A stretch of DNA of 63,987 nt, filler included, from Chrysochromulina tobinii (taxonomy: Eukaryota), in the NCBI GenBank assembly GCA_001275005.1. It is 6 parts of 6 records of this genome, joined end to end, with 100 filler letters (N's around TTAATTAATTAA, not from the genome) between each part and the next. Parts side by side here need not be neighbours in the genome. Positions count along the whole stretch, not along the records: positions 17,299 to 34,529 come from JWZX01001389.1; 5 more parts are not named here. One strand, given 5' to 3'. Under the pieces are notes generated by a model that saw only the letters and a program-made list of their open reading frames with translations, searched no databases and had not been told where the DNA came from. Shown here piece after piece: positions 25,301 to 34,629 of the stretch. A program made the position numbers and the translations under genes. Position 1 is the first letter of the stretch, and every line of letters starts with the position of its first letter.

Positions 25301-27642
25301 CACGAGCCGCCTGTGGCGTACGCGCCCTTCGCGAGCGCGCAAGACGAGACGATGTGGTACATTTCCATCTACGCCCTGCTCTCTCTCGGCGCACTCATCT
25401 TCGTGCTCGTACAGCAGCTCTCGTGCGTCACGCTCTCAATCAACGCTTCGGCCCGCGTGCATGCGCACGCCTTCCGCGCCATCTCTCGCGCGCCGATTAG
25501 CTTCTTCGAGACGACGCCGACGGGACGCATCCTGGCGCGCTTCGGCAACGACATGAACGTGGTCGACACGATGCTGATGAAGTCGCTCAACCAGTCCGGC
25601 TCGCAGTTCTGCGTGCTCGTTGTCGTCTTCATCATGAACGCGTGCCTCGTGCCGTGGCTGGTCGCAATCTCGCTGCCCCTCATCGTCGTCTGTACGCGCC
25701 CTACACCACAACGCACCGCCATTGCCCCACCCCCGCCACTCCCCTCCCACCCTCGCCCCGCCCCCCCTTGCCCCAATTCCCAGCCCCCTTCCATCGCTCC
25801 CCCTCCTTCTCCTCCGCTGCTCACTACGGCGCGTGCTCCTCGGCCGCAGACACCGTTCTCGCGCAGCTCTACCGGCGCTCCTCGCGCGAGCTCAAACGGC
25901 TCGAGAATATTGCCGAGACGCCCGTGTACTCGGGCTTCGCGTCCTGCATGGACGGGCTTCTCACAATCCGTGCGTTCCGCGGCTCCGCGGAGCGCCTGAC
26001 GCAGCAGACGGACCGGACGATCGACGATTGGGTCGCCTGCTGGCTCAAGAACAACATCGCCAACCGATGGATGGGCATACGCCTCGACATGATCGGTGCC
26101 GGCCTCTCGGGTTCAGTAGGGCTCTTCGGGCTGCTCTGGGCCGATGGCGTCATTGGTGACGGGGCGGCCGCGTTCAACGCGGGGGTCATCGGTCTGATGC
26201 TCAGTTTCACGGCCTCGCAGGCCTCCATGCTCAATTGGATGGTGCGCGGTGTCGCTGAGGCTGAGCAGCACGCCACGTCGTTTGAGCGCTGCCTGACGAT
26301 GGCAAATGTACCGCCCGAGCGCTGGGGCGACGAACACGACGACGGCGGCGACGACAGGGCGGCGGCGGAGGAGGGTGCTCAGGACGGCGCGCCCACCAAG
26401 TCGACCTCCAAGGGCGCCCGGGACGGCGCCCGGGACGGCGCCTGTGACGCTCGCAAGGGCGGCAGGCTCTCCTCGGCCGAGATGACAGCCATCCCAACGG
26501 CCGGTGCCAGCGTCGCGGTGGCGGCGGTGCTCTCCTCGGCCGAGATGACAGCCATCCCAACGGCCGGTGCCAGCGTCGCGGTGGCGGCGGTGCCGCCCAC
26601 CGCCGCCACGATCGCCCACACGAACTGGCCGACAATCGGCGCGATCGAGATCTGTGAGCTCTCGATGCGCTACCGGCCGGGGCTGCCCCTCGTACTCAAC
26701 GGCGTCTCGCTCTCCATCCGCGGCGGCGAGCGCATCGGCATCTGCGGCCGCACGGGCAGTGGTCAGTCGCTCTCGAAGTGCCCTTGATGGCCCCTTGATG
26801 GCCCCTTGATGGCCTCTTGATGGCCACACTCATGGCCACTGAGTGCCTCCCTCATCAGGCAAGTCCTCCCTTTCAAAGTGCCTGCTCCGACTCGTCGAGT
26901 ATGCGGGCGGCGACATCCTCATCGACGGCCGCTCAGCGAGCGCGTTGCCGCTCCGTACGCTGCGTCGTAGCATGGCGATGGTTCACCAGGACCCGAGTCT
27001 CTTTTCGGGCTCGCTGCGACACAATCTCGACCCGACCGCCTCCTTTGGCGAGAAGGAGCTCCGTGACGCCCTCGGCAAGTCCTCTTGATTGCTGCTTGAT
27101 TGCCTCTTGATGGCCACTGGATTGCCACTTGATGGCCACTTGATTGCCACTTGATGGTCACTGGATTACCGCGACGCCCTCGGCAAGTTCTCCCTCGCCC
27201 CCCTCTCGGCTCCTGTTTGCCTCTTGTTGCCACTCATCGCAATTGATGGCCTCCCTCATCAGGCAAGGCCTCCCTCGGACATCTCGCCCTGGATGACGAA
27301 GTGGACGAGGGCGGCGCTAATTTGTCTGCTGGCGAGCGGCAGCTCGTCTGCCTCGCACGCGTGCTGCTCGTACGGCCCAAGATCCTGCTACTCGACGAGG
27401 CCACGTCCTCGCTCGATCGGCGCACCGATGAAGCCGTGCAGGCGGCCGTGCGCGCGCTCTCGGGCGTCACCATCCTGAGCATCGCCCACCGGCTCGAGAC
27501 CTTGATGGAGTATGACAAAGTCGTCGTGCTCGACCAGGGCCGGGTGGCGGAGATGGGCCCTCCACGGGAGCTCGCCAGCCGTGCCGACGGTCTTTTTGCC
27601 GCCCTCCTGCGGCGCCAGCGCGGCGGCGAGACAGCGCAGTGA
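22380..27642 (+). CDS. ABCC: ABC transporter, subfamily C (MRP-like); introns 23271-23401, 24278-24388, 25692-25849, 26762-26858, 27075-27262 (GC-AG)
   Basis: LSKLFFSWIFPLL; NBD1 GSVASGKS, GERGVTLSGGQKARVSLARALY, YLLDD; FFETTPTGRILARF; NBD2 GRTGSGKSSL, NLSAGERQLVCLAR, LLLDEATS, IAHRL. Confidence 0.93.
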
Positions 27643-27956
27643 TGCTGATCCTGATGGGGCGCGCGGCGCGGCGGCTGAGAGACACTGATCACTGTGGCGA
27701 ACGAGAATTCTATGTTAAATCGAGCTTCGCTTGTGGCGCTGTTGGCTGTAACGCGACCGGTAGGAGGCGAGGTTTCCGGCCGGGGTAACCCGCGGACAAC
27801 ATGCCGATGCGATGGATCGGATTGGGATTGTGCACATGTCGTATTCGGTGAACGCGTCGTCGAACGCGCTCGAAAAAGCCCGCAAGTAAACTGTGAGCTC
27901 ACACAGTGCACAGTAACGCAAACTAAGTACGTGGCCGCGATGCGCACTCACTCACA

Positions 27957-29057
27957 TCAGCCGAGCGCGCGCAGGTCGCGCAGGTTGCGCTGTGACGGCG
28001 GCTGCCTGGCAGACGAGGCTCCCCCGAGGATGACCGATGATGAAGTAGTGCTCCCACTCGAACCATCCCGCGGTGCGCCTATGTCTGCGAGGCGCTCGTT
28101 GCGATGTGCAATGTCTTCGGCGGTGGTGAAGACGGAGGAGGTGGAGGCGCAGCATGCGCTCATCCCGGCGCGCGAGCCGCCCACGTCGAGCGACCCGAGC
28201 GCACCGCCACCGCCGGTGGGCATGGAGGTACAACCCCCAAGTGTATCGGCGTACTGCCAGTGCAAGTGGGAGCGCGAGAGAAAGTTGAGGACGAGGCGAC
28301 GCGCCTGCACGTGGGGCTGCACGAGCGGGAGCAGCTGCTGCATGTAGCTGTTGAGCGCAAACTGCCTATAGCTCACCACTCGGCTCGTGCGCAGCCGGTA
28401 GCGCGCGGGTAGCGGCGGCCGGACGATCTCCTCAGGGAGAATCTTGGCGAGCTGCCGGTCGAGCTCGATCCAGTCGGAGAAGCGGTGCGATACCTGCCAG
28501 CAGCGGCAGCCGCGCACGACGGTGAGCGTGTACGCGGGCACCGTCTGGCCGCCCGAGCGCAGCTCCACCGTCCCATTCACGATCGCGAAGAAGACCGCGA
28601 GGGACCGGTACTTGGTCCGCTGCAGGTATCCTCGTAGGATGCTCTGCACCCGCGTGGCGGCCTCAGTGCGCCGCTGCACGGCCGCGGCCTCCTTGGGGTC
28701 CCAGAACTCGCGCGTCAAGAAAGAGGGCATCGCGACCGGCGCGGCAGGTGGCGCAGCAGGCGGCCGGTTGTGGGTCAGCCGCGCGCTGCGTACGCTCGAA
28801 AAGCTCATCAACGACGACGTCGAGGACGTGGAGAGCTCACGCAGGCGGCCTTCCATGGGCAGCGAGCCCGAGCGCAGCATGCTATTGCCCGCCAGCACGC
28901 GCGGCTCGCCCAAGCTCTCGTCGGTCGGCAGTTTGCGAAGCGCCCGCAGCTGCGCATGCAGCTTGCCCGAATGCGCCCGCCACTGCGCCAGGCTTATCTC
29001 AGTCGCGCGCAACTCGGAGGCGAGAGTCGCGATGATCGCGTTCTCCTGCGACGTCAT
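27957..29057 (-). CDS. IQ-motif and PX (phox) domain protein
   Basis: IQ-like AATRVQSILRGYLQRTKY; PX-like YTLTV..WQVSHRFSDWIELDRQL..PPLP..RQFALNSYMQQLL. Confidence 0.75.
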   Translation of the reverse strand: MTSQENAIIATLASELRATEISLAQWRAHSGKLHAQLRALRKLPTDESLGEPRVLAGNSMLRSGSLPMEGRLRELSTSSTSSLMSFSSVRSARLTHNRPPAAPPAAPVAMPSFLTREFWDPKEAAAVQRRTEAATRVQSILRGYLQRTKYRSLAVFFAIVNGTVELRSGGQTVPAYTLTVVRGCRCWQVSHRFSDWIELDRQLAKILPEEIVRPPLPARYRLRTSRVVSYRQFALNSYMQQLLPLVQPHVQARRLVLNFLSRSHLHWQYADTLGGCTSMPTGGGGALGSLDVGGSRAGMSACCASTSSVFTTAEDIAHRNERLADIGAPRDGSSGSTTSSSVILGGASSARQPPSQRNLRDLRALG

Positions 29058-29281
29058 TGAAAAGGACGTGCGAAGTGGCACTCCAAGCACGCGGAGTCGC
29101 CGGAAGAGGAATTGCGAGGCAAGATCAGCAAGATTTCAGTGTGAAGAATGATAAACATTGGCTGTGAAGATAGCTTTTTTTGCTCATTTTATCCGCACGA
29201 ATGCCTCGTACAGTACATGTACGAGCGCAGGATGCCGGCTCGCCTCCAATCTCGGCCAATTTCGCAGGGAGCCGCCGATCT

Positions 29282-30505
29282 ATGTACACCGGGACAGCCC
29301 TTTTTCTCGTCGCCGGCGCCCTCGTCAATCCACGTATGAGCGCCGCCGATTTGAGGGCTCGGCGTGCCGGCACGGTCACCAGCAGCTCGGATGTCGCCGC
29401 GCTCCGCGCCGCCGTCGCCAACACGAATGCCAAGGTTGCCTCGCTTACGCCCTTTGACGACAGTGAACTCGACCGCCTGCTTGGCAGTCTTCGGGAGCTC
29501 GCCGGTCAGACAGCAGGTAGCATCGACTGGGTAGCGCTGCGGGAGCTATATCGTAAGTCTGCGCACAAGAACTACAAGGACTGGACCACCACCGCGGCCG
29601 ATGCCACCGAACTTCAAGGCATCCTCGGCACCCCGAATGATGCGGCCTTTCAGACCATCTTCAAGCGGGTGCTGGGCGATGGCAACTTTGAAGGGGCGGT
29701 TCGTTTCGCCACGAGCCGTGCCGCTGGCAGCAAACCTTTCATCGTGCTCGTCTCTGGCCTCAACGGCATTCGCAAGACAACGAGCGTGCACCAGCCGTGG
29801 TTCCAGGCATGCCTTGCGTCAGCGCTCGAGGGCCAGGGCTACGATGGGCCTGTGGACGAGCTGCCGTGCGGGGCAAACAGCTTCTTCCGCCAGCTAGATT
29901 TTATGCTCACCACGTTGGCCGCCAACGACTTTGCGACACTCTTTGAGCTCGAGGAGGTCGGTCTATACGCCGAGGTCAAGGCGAGCATCTTTGCACGCTT
30001 CCGCACCTCGGCAGAGATGCTTGGCGTGCTGCTCGTGCGTGCAGCGCAGGCCAAGGGTGCGAACGTGATGGTCGAGACGAGTGGGCGCGACGTGGGGATG
30101 TACAAGTACATCGACGCCCTCTTCCCGGAAGACCATTACCAAAAGTTGGTCATCCACTTCTCCATCAACGAGCTCAGGTTTGCAGAGATGTCGGTGGACA
30201 CGCGCATGGCCAAGGAGATGGCGGATGGAGCGGCAGCACTCGCGGCACAGCCGGGCGCCGGACTGAACGCGATCATCCGCGCGAATGCGGGCGGCCCGTA
30301 TGGCTCGCAGGTCTTGAAGGGCGTGCAGGCTGACAGCGACGCTTTGTGGGCGCAGCTGCGCCGCGGCGAGGCGGGCGACGTGGCGAAGAGCTGGCTCAAG
30401 GCGAGCATCGGTATTGAGGCGCACGCTGAGCGTGACTGGACGGTGCGTGCGCTCGTCAACGGAGAGCCCAGGGGACAGACGTACACATTTGAAAAGCAGC
30501 GATGA
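29282..30505 (+). CDS. Zeta-toxin-like P-loop NTPase/kinase with N-terminal targeting peptide
   Basis: IVLVSGLNGIRKTT (Walker A variant) and GANVMVETSGRD resemble the zeta-toxin family; hydrophobic N-terminus MYTGTALFLVAGAL. Confidence 0.6.
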   Translation: MYTGTALFLVAGALVNPRMSAADLRARRAGTVTSSSDVAALRAAVANTNAKVASLTPFDDSELDRLLGSLRELAGQTAGSIDWVALRELYRKSAHKNYKDWTTTAADATELQGILGTPNDAAFQTIFKRVLGDGNFEGAVRFATSRAAGSKPFIVLVSGLNGIRKTTSVHQPWFQACLASALEGQGYDGPVDELPCGANSFFRQLDFMLTTLAANDFATLFELEEVGLYAEVKASIFARFRTSAEMLGVLLVRAAQAKGANVMVETSGRDVGMYKYIDALFPEDHYQKLVIHFSINELRFAEMSVDTRMAKEMADGAAALAAQPGAGLNAIIRANAGGPYGSQVLKGVQADSDALWAQLRRGEAGDVAKSWLKASIGIEAHAERDWTVRALVNGEPRGQTYTFEKQR

Positions 30506-30842
30506 CTAAGACGAGGGGCTTGACCTCTGAGACGAGCTGGCAAGGGCGACTTAAAATGGCTCCAACCCACCCACTGCATGCGTGCATTCGGTCTGGTGAC
30601 GTCTCACTGGTGTCGTCTCGGGTCGGGTCAGTCAGTCAGCCAGTTATTTCGCGCCCACCCCGCATTCCACACACATTCCAGATTTCCCGGCATGATTCCG
30701 GCACACGCACCGACGACGACTTTCTCAAGGAACCCCATATCTACACTCCTTGAGGCCCACGCCCCTCCTCAACACCTAATCTTGCGTGCCCTTCCGAGGC
30801 CGAGTATTCACAGAATAAATTTCACACTTCCATCCGACGCCC

Positions 30843-31547
30843 ATGCGTCAGCTCTTATTTGCGCTTGTGTGTGCACCCGCGGCCGCGTTGGTGGCGACCA
30901 GGTTGCAGACCGTGCAGGTCACCCGTGCAAGCGATGCACGACCCATTGCGCTCTCGTCGCTGTGGACCGAGGACGAGCGTGCCGTCCTGGTCTTCCTTCG
31001 TCACTTTGGGTGAGTGTTCTGCTGGGAGCTCGCGAAGCAAGTTCGCCGCGACGTGCTCCCAGCGTTGACGGAATCCGGCGTGAAGCTCTTTGCCGTGGGC
31101 ATCGGCTCTGCAGAATCTGCCAAGAAGTTTGCCGAGTCGATTGATTTCCCCGCCGACCTGCTGTTCGCTGACACGTCTGAGAACGTGGACGCGCACACCG
31201 CGATCGGCACACGCAACACTGGCCGGGATGCAAACGGCAAGCAGATCTTTGAGGGTGTCGAGTCGATGTGGTCGGAGAAGACCAACGCCGCGTTGAAGGC
31301 GCGCGGTAAGGAGGATCTTGATAGTATCGTGGGCAATCTCTTCAGGCCAGGACCGTACAAGCCACTCATGCCCGAAGGAAGGGGGCTCTTTGATCCGAAG
31401 GTGATGGAGAAGACGATGGTGCAAGGCGGCACATTCGTGTACGACGGCGCTACCGAGCTCTTCGCCCACTACGACTTCTCCTCGGGGGACCACGCAGATC
31501 TGAATCGAGTCGTCCGCATCGCCACCGAGGGGCGGCGGCGTGCGTAG
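30843..31547 (+). CDS. Selenoprotein of the AhpC/TSA-like (SelU/FAM213/PRXL2) family; Sec at TGA 31011-31013
   Basis: ATG 30843 is in frame with the 31014-31547 ORF: MRQLLFALVCAPAAA...AVLVFLRHFG-TGA-VFCWE, so TGA occupies the first Cys of the family CxxC motif. C-terminal QGGTFVY..GDH motif. A SECIS lies downstream. Confidence 0.85.
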
Positions 31548-31607
31548 GCGGGGCAAAAGGGCTTGTGGCGGCGTGGCCTGTGGCATCTGGCCCAAGCAAG
31601 TGTAGCG

Positions 31608-31677
31608 GAGAGAAACTATGAGGTCTGTGACTGCCAAACCATGCGGCCGTCCAGACGGAGCCACCGATGTTCTCTCT
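31608..31677 (+). promoter_or_regulatory. Eukaryotic SECIS element
   Basis: ATGAG (31618) + stem GTCTG-t-GAC-t-GCC + apical AAA (31636) + GGC-c-GTC-CAGAC + GGAG, giving a tandem GA/GA core; lower helix gagagaa/ttctctc. Confidence 0.8.
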
Positions 31678-32163
31678 CTCTCTCTGGGGCTGCGCAACCA
31701 TTACAAAGCTCGCGCTTAAGCTCTCGCGCGGCCTGTGGCACCACGCCACCCGCACGCCTGCGCCGTGGTCAGGGCTACTCCCAGGACCCTGGCTCTTACA
31801 AATTCGGTGTGCGGCGGTCGTGTAGCGGTCGTGGCGCGTACGGCCTTTCCCCTTTCGCACTCCGCTTCCTTGGAAACAGAAACAAATTATACCGAAGCGT
31901 AATAATTTCCCTTTTCCGATTTCCCTTTGTGATCTTGTGAACATGCTTGTGAATCGACTTGCCGTTGGGTTCTCGCGCTCCTAAAACCGAACGTCAATAC
32001 CGCAATAGACAATACGTGCGATACCTTGTACGCCCCGGATACCCGCGGACCCACACGCCGCGACTTACACACGGTACGCGACGTGATAGTGCATAGTTGT
32101 AAATCGGTAGGCTGACCTTCCAGTACAGCTCTCGTTTCGTCCGCCAAGTGCAAGTCGGTGCGC

Positions 32164-33252
32164 TCACCGCTGCACTTCGGATTCCACTTGCGCTTCGTGT
32201 TCGAAAATGTTGCACGCGACGCTGATACGCAGGTGGCCTCCCGGGGGCGGGCTGGGACGTAGGCTGCCTCCCAGCGGCCCAGGCGTCCCCTCAGGGGATG
32301 GCATCGCACGCGGCATCACCGCGTGCGTCACGTGTAACGGAAAAAGCCACAGCTCCCCCGGCACGGGAGCAATAGGCAACACGGAGTAGGCGAGCGTGGT
32401 CGGCTCTGGCCTTGTCTGTAGCAAGAGCGCGCCAGCCAGCGCAGCCTCAGCGGACGTCTCACGGGGATCGCCCTCGGCGGCCGGAAGTGAGATTCCATGC
32501 CGCGCAGCGATGGCACGCAGGTCGGCGATGCTCTTGGCCATCAGGATCTCGCTATTCGGCGCACCGCCGCGCAGTAGCGCGAGGCTCAGGGCGGCTGTGG
32601 ACACAGGCACATCGGACGCGGGCCTAGGCCTCGTAGGTGCCATGTCAGCTCCGCTCGCCGCATAGTACACGGCCGACCAGCCGTCACGGCTGCCTTGGTC
32701 GTGCAAGCAATTGAAATCGTACTTGCCTGAGGCGTTCAGCCACCCGTAGACTTCAGCATCGAGCCATGTGGGCTCGATGACCTTGATGGCCTCGAGGACG
32801 AGATCGTGCACCCCACGATACCACGCGTCGGCGGCGTCCGCTTTCAATGGGAATGAGACGCTGTCACTATGGAAGCCGCCTTGGTTGGAACGCATGATGC
32901 CGCAGGCGCCCGCATACTTCTTGGCGCCGCACGCACACAGTGCCGGATTGATATCTTCGGCCACGCCTGGATGGATGATGAACTGATGCACGGTGATGGT
33001 GCAAGCCTCTCTATTACGCGTGTCGGGCGTAGTGACAACTCGATGGCTCAGAAACGTAGAGGAGTCTCGCAAGTTGCAGACTTTTTGAACGATTGCTGGC
33101 CACTGGTGGCTCCCGCGCTGCTCAGTCCAGGCGCCACGTGCGTCTCTTGAGCCCTTGATGTGCGACAGGAGCATGTTCGCGGCCGTGCGCATGGGCATAC
33201 CAGGAGTGAATAGCTGCCTCTGGTTCTCAGTGTGTCGTAGCTGGCGTGGCAT
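32164..33252 (-). CDS. Putative 2OG-Fe(II) oxygenase (TIGR02466-like)
   Basis: RSNQGGFHS, WLNAS..FNCLHDQ..WSAVYY, PVPGELWLFP..THAVMP, RISVACNI. The start codon is uncertain. Confidence 0.7.
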   Translation of the reverse strand: MPRQLRHTENQRQLFTPGMPMRTAANMLLSHIKGSRDARGAWTEQRGSHQWPAIVQKVCNLRDSSTFLSHRVVTTPDTRNREACTITVHQFIIHPGVAEDINPALCACGAKKYAGACGIMRSNQGGFHSDSVSFPLKADAADAWYRGVHDLVLEAIKVIEPTWLDAEVYGWLNASGKYDFNCLHDQGSRDGWSAVYYAASGADMAPTRPRPASDVPVSTAALSLALLRGGAPNSEILMAKSIADLRAIAARHGISLPAAEGDPRETSAEAALAGALLLQTRPEPTTLAYSVLPIAPVPGELWLFPLHVTHAVMPRAMPSPEGTPGPLGGSLRPSPPPGGHLRISVACNIFEHEAQVESEVQR

Positions 33253-33452
33253 GTTGACGTGGTTTGCCTCGCTATGGCGTGTGGGGGATGGTCGATGGAG
33301 GCGGAGGTGGCCGAGAAACACGTCGGCGAAATGCCCAAAAAGCCTAAGCAACTATATGAATTCGCAACGCCGCCGCCGGCGGCGACGCGTATGAGACACG
33401 TGTGAAGTGAGGGGAGTGTGTGAAGACGCATGAGATCGACACGTACTGACTG

Positions 33453-34529
33453 TCACGGTATCCTAGGGAAGGACCAGGGTAGGACCGATGCCGGAGGCCA
33501 GTAACCTATGAGGCTGACAGAGGAGAGGAGCCGGGATCGGGGGATAGAAGGGACCCGGACGGCTACAAATGTCACCCATGGTCCCATAAGCCACATAGGG
33601 GCCTCGGAGGAGGTGCGGCATGGTCCTGAGTGGACAGACACGCGCAAGGAGACTATGGACCGGCGAGAGCCGGGGAGGTGGGGTCCGCCGCGGGGGGGTG
33701 GGAACAGGTCCCAACCGTCCAGATAAGGGATAGAGGCGCCCTGGGCGGAGCGAGAGCGGGCCGAGCGGAGACCAAGCTCGATCTCGCAGAGGCGGTCGAT
33801 GCACTTGCGCACCTTGGCCTTGTGCGCGTATCGGGCGGGCATGGCGGAGACGCGGGCTTCGTGCCGCTGCAGCATGGCTGCGACCGGCTCGAGGTCGTCG
33901 CTCTGAGCGGTGGAATCGGCAAAGCGGCCGACCTCGTTGGCGTCGACAGAGCGCATGGAGGGATCGGATTCGACGACGTTAAGAAGGAAGCGCTTGAAGG
34001 AGTGGTGGCGAAGGAGGGTAGCAGCGTCGTGGGGGACACCGGCGGCGAGGAGGACGCCGTGGAGAGAGGCGAGGGCACGGGGTGAAGAGGGTGGAGATAG
34101 GGCCCACCGGGAGGCGAGGGTGGGAGAACCGTCCGGCGAGTCGGTGTCGAGGAGAAGGCAACGAACGTCGGAGGCGGCGTCGAGCATCGGCAGGATGGCA
34201 TCGAGGGTGGCGGAGGAGCCGTCGAGGGCGTCGACGACAGCCCAGAAGGGGCGCGGGCGCATCTTGGAGCGGTCGGGATTCTTGTCGGATATGACGGATC
34301 CGAACATGACCCGGAAGGAAGGGTTGGTGGGAGGCCACGGGACGACAGCGTTGATGACGCAGGAGGAGGCTTGCTCGTAGCGGAGCGCGGCCTTGCCCAT
34401 GGTGAACCACGCGGCTGCGTGAGCACGCACGAAGGGAGACTGAGCGGAGGCGGCGAGAGAGGAAAGGGCCTCCATCACGGCGAGAGTGATGCTCTCCTTC
34501 GGGTTGTCGCGACTGGGGCCGATGGAGCG
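33453..34529 (-). CDS. Hypothetical protein, 5'-truncated at the contig edge, possibly a repeat-derived fragment
   Basis: The frame is open from the contig edge for about 358 codons; strong purine/pyrimidine strand skew; no recognisable motif. Confidence 0.3.
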   Translation of the reverse strand, partial: RSIGPSRDNPKESITLAVMEALSSLAASAQSPFVRAHAAAWFTMGKAALRYEQASSCVINAVVPWPPTNPSFRVMFGSVISDKNPDRSKMRPRPFWAVVDALDGSSATLDAILPMLDAASDVRCLLLDTDSPDGSPTLASRWALSPPSSPRALASLHGVLLAAGVPHDAATLLRHHSFKRFLLNVVESDPSMRSVDANEVGRFADSTAQSDDLEPVAAMLQRHEARVSAMPARYAHKAKVRKCIDRLCEIELGLRSARSRSAQGASIPYLDGWDLFPPPRGGPHLPGSRRSIVSLRVSVHSGPCRTSSEAPMWLMGPWVTFVAVRVPSIPRSRLLSSVSLIGYWPPASVLPWSFPRIP

Positions 34530-34629
34530 NNNNNNNNNNNNNNNNNNNNNNNNNNNNNNNNNNNNNNNNNNNNTTAATTAATTAANNNNNNNNNNNNNNN
34601 NNNNNNNNNNNNNNNNNNNNNNNNNNNNN
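34530..34629. other. Artificial contig-joining spacer
   Basis: N/TTAATTAATTAA/N, 100 nt. Confidence 0.97.

Noticed and set aside
3347..26590. Three unrelated exonic duplications each with a 63-nt period
   Set aside because: The in-frame constraint and small sample make coincidence plausible, and other periods (75, 78) also occur.
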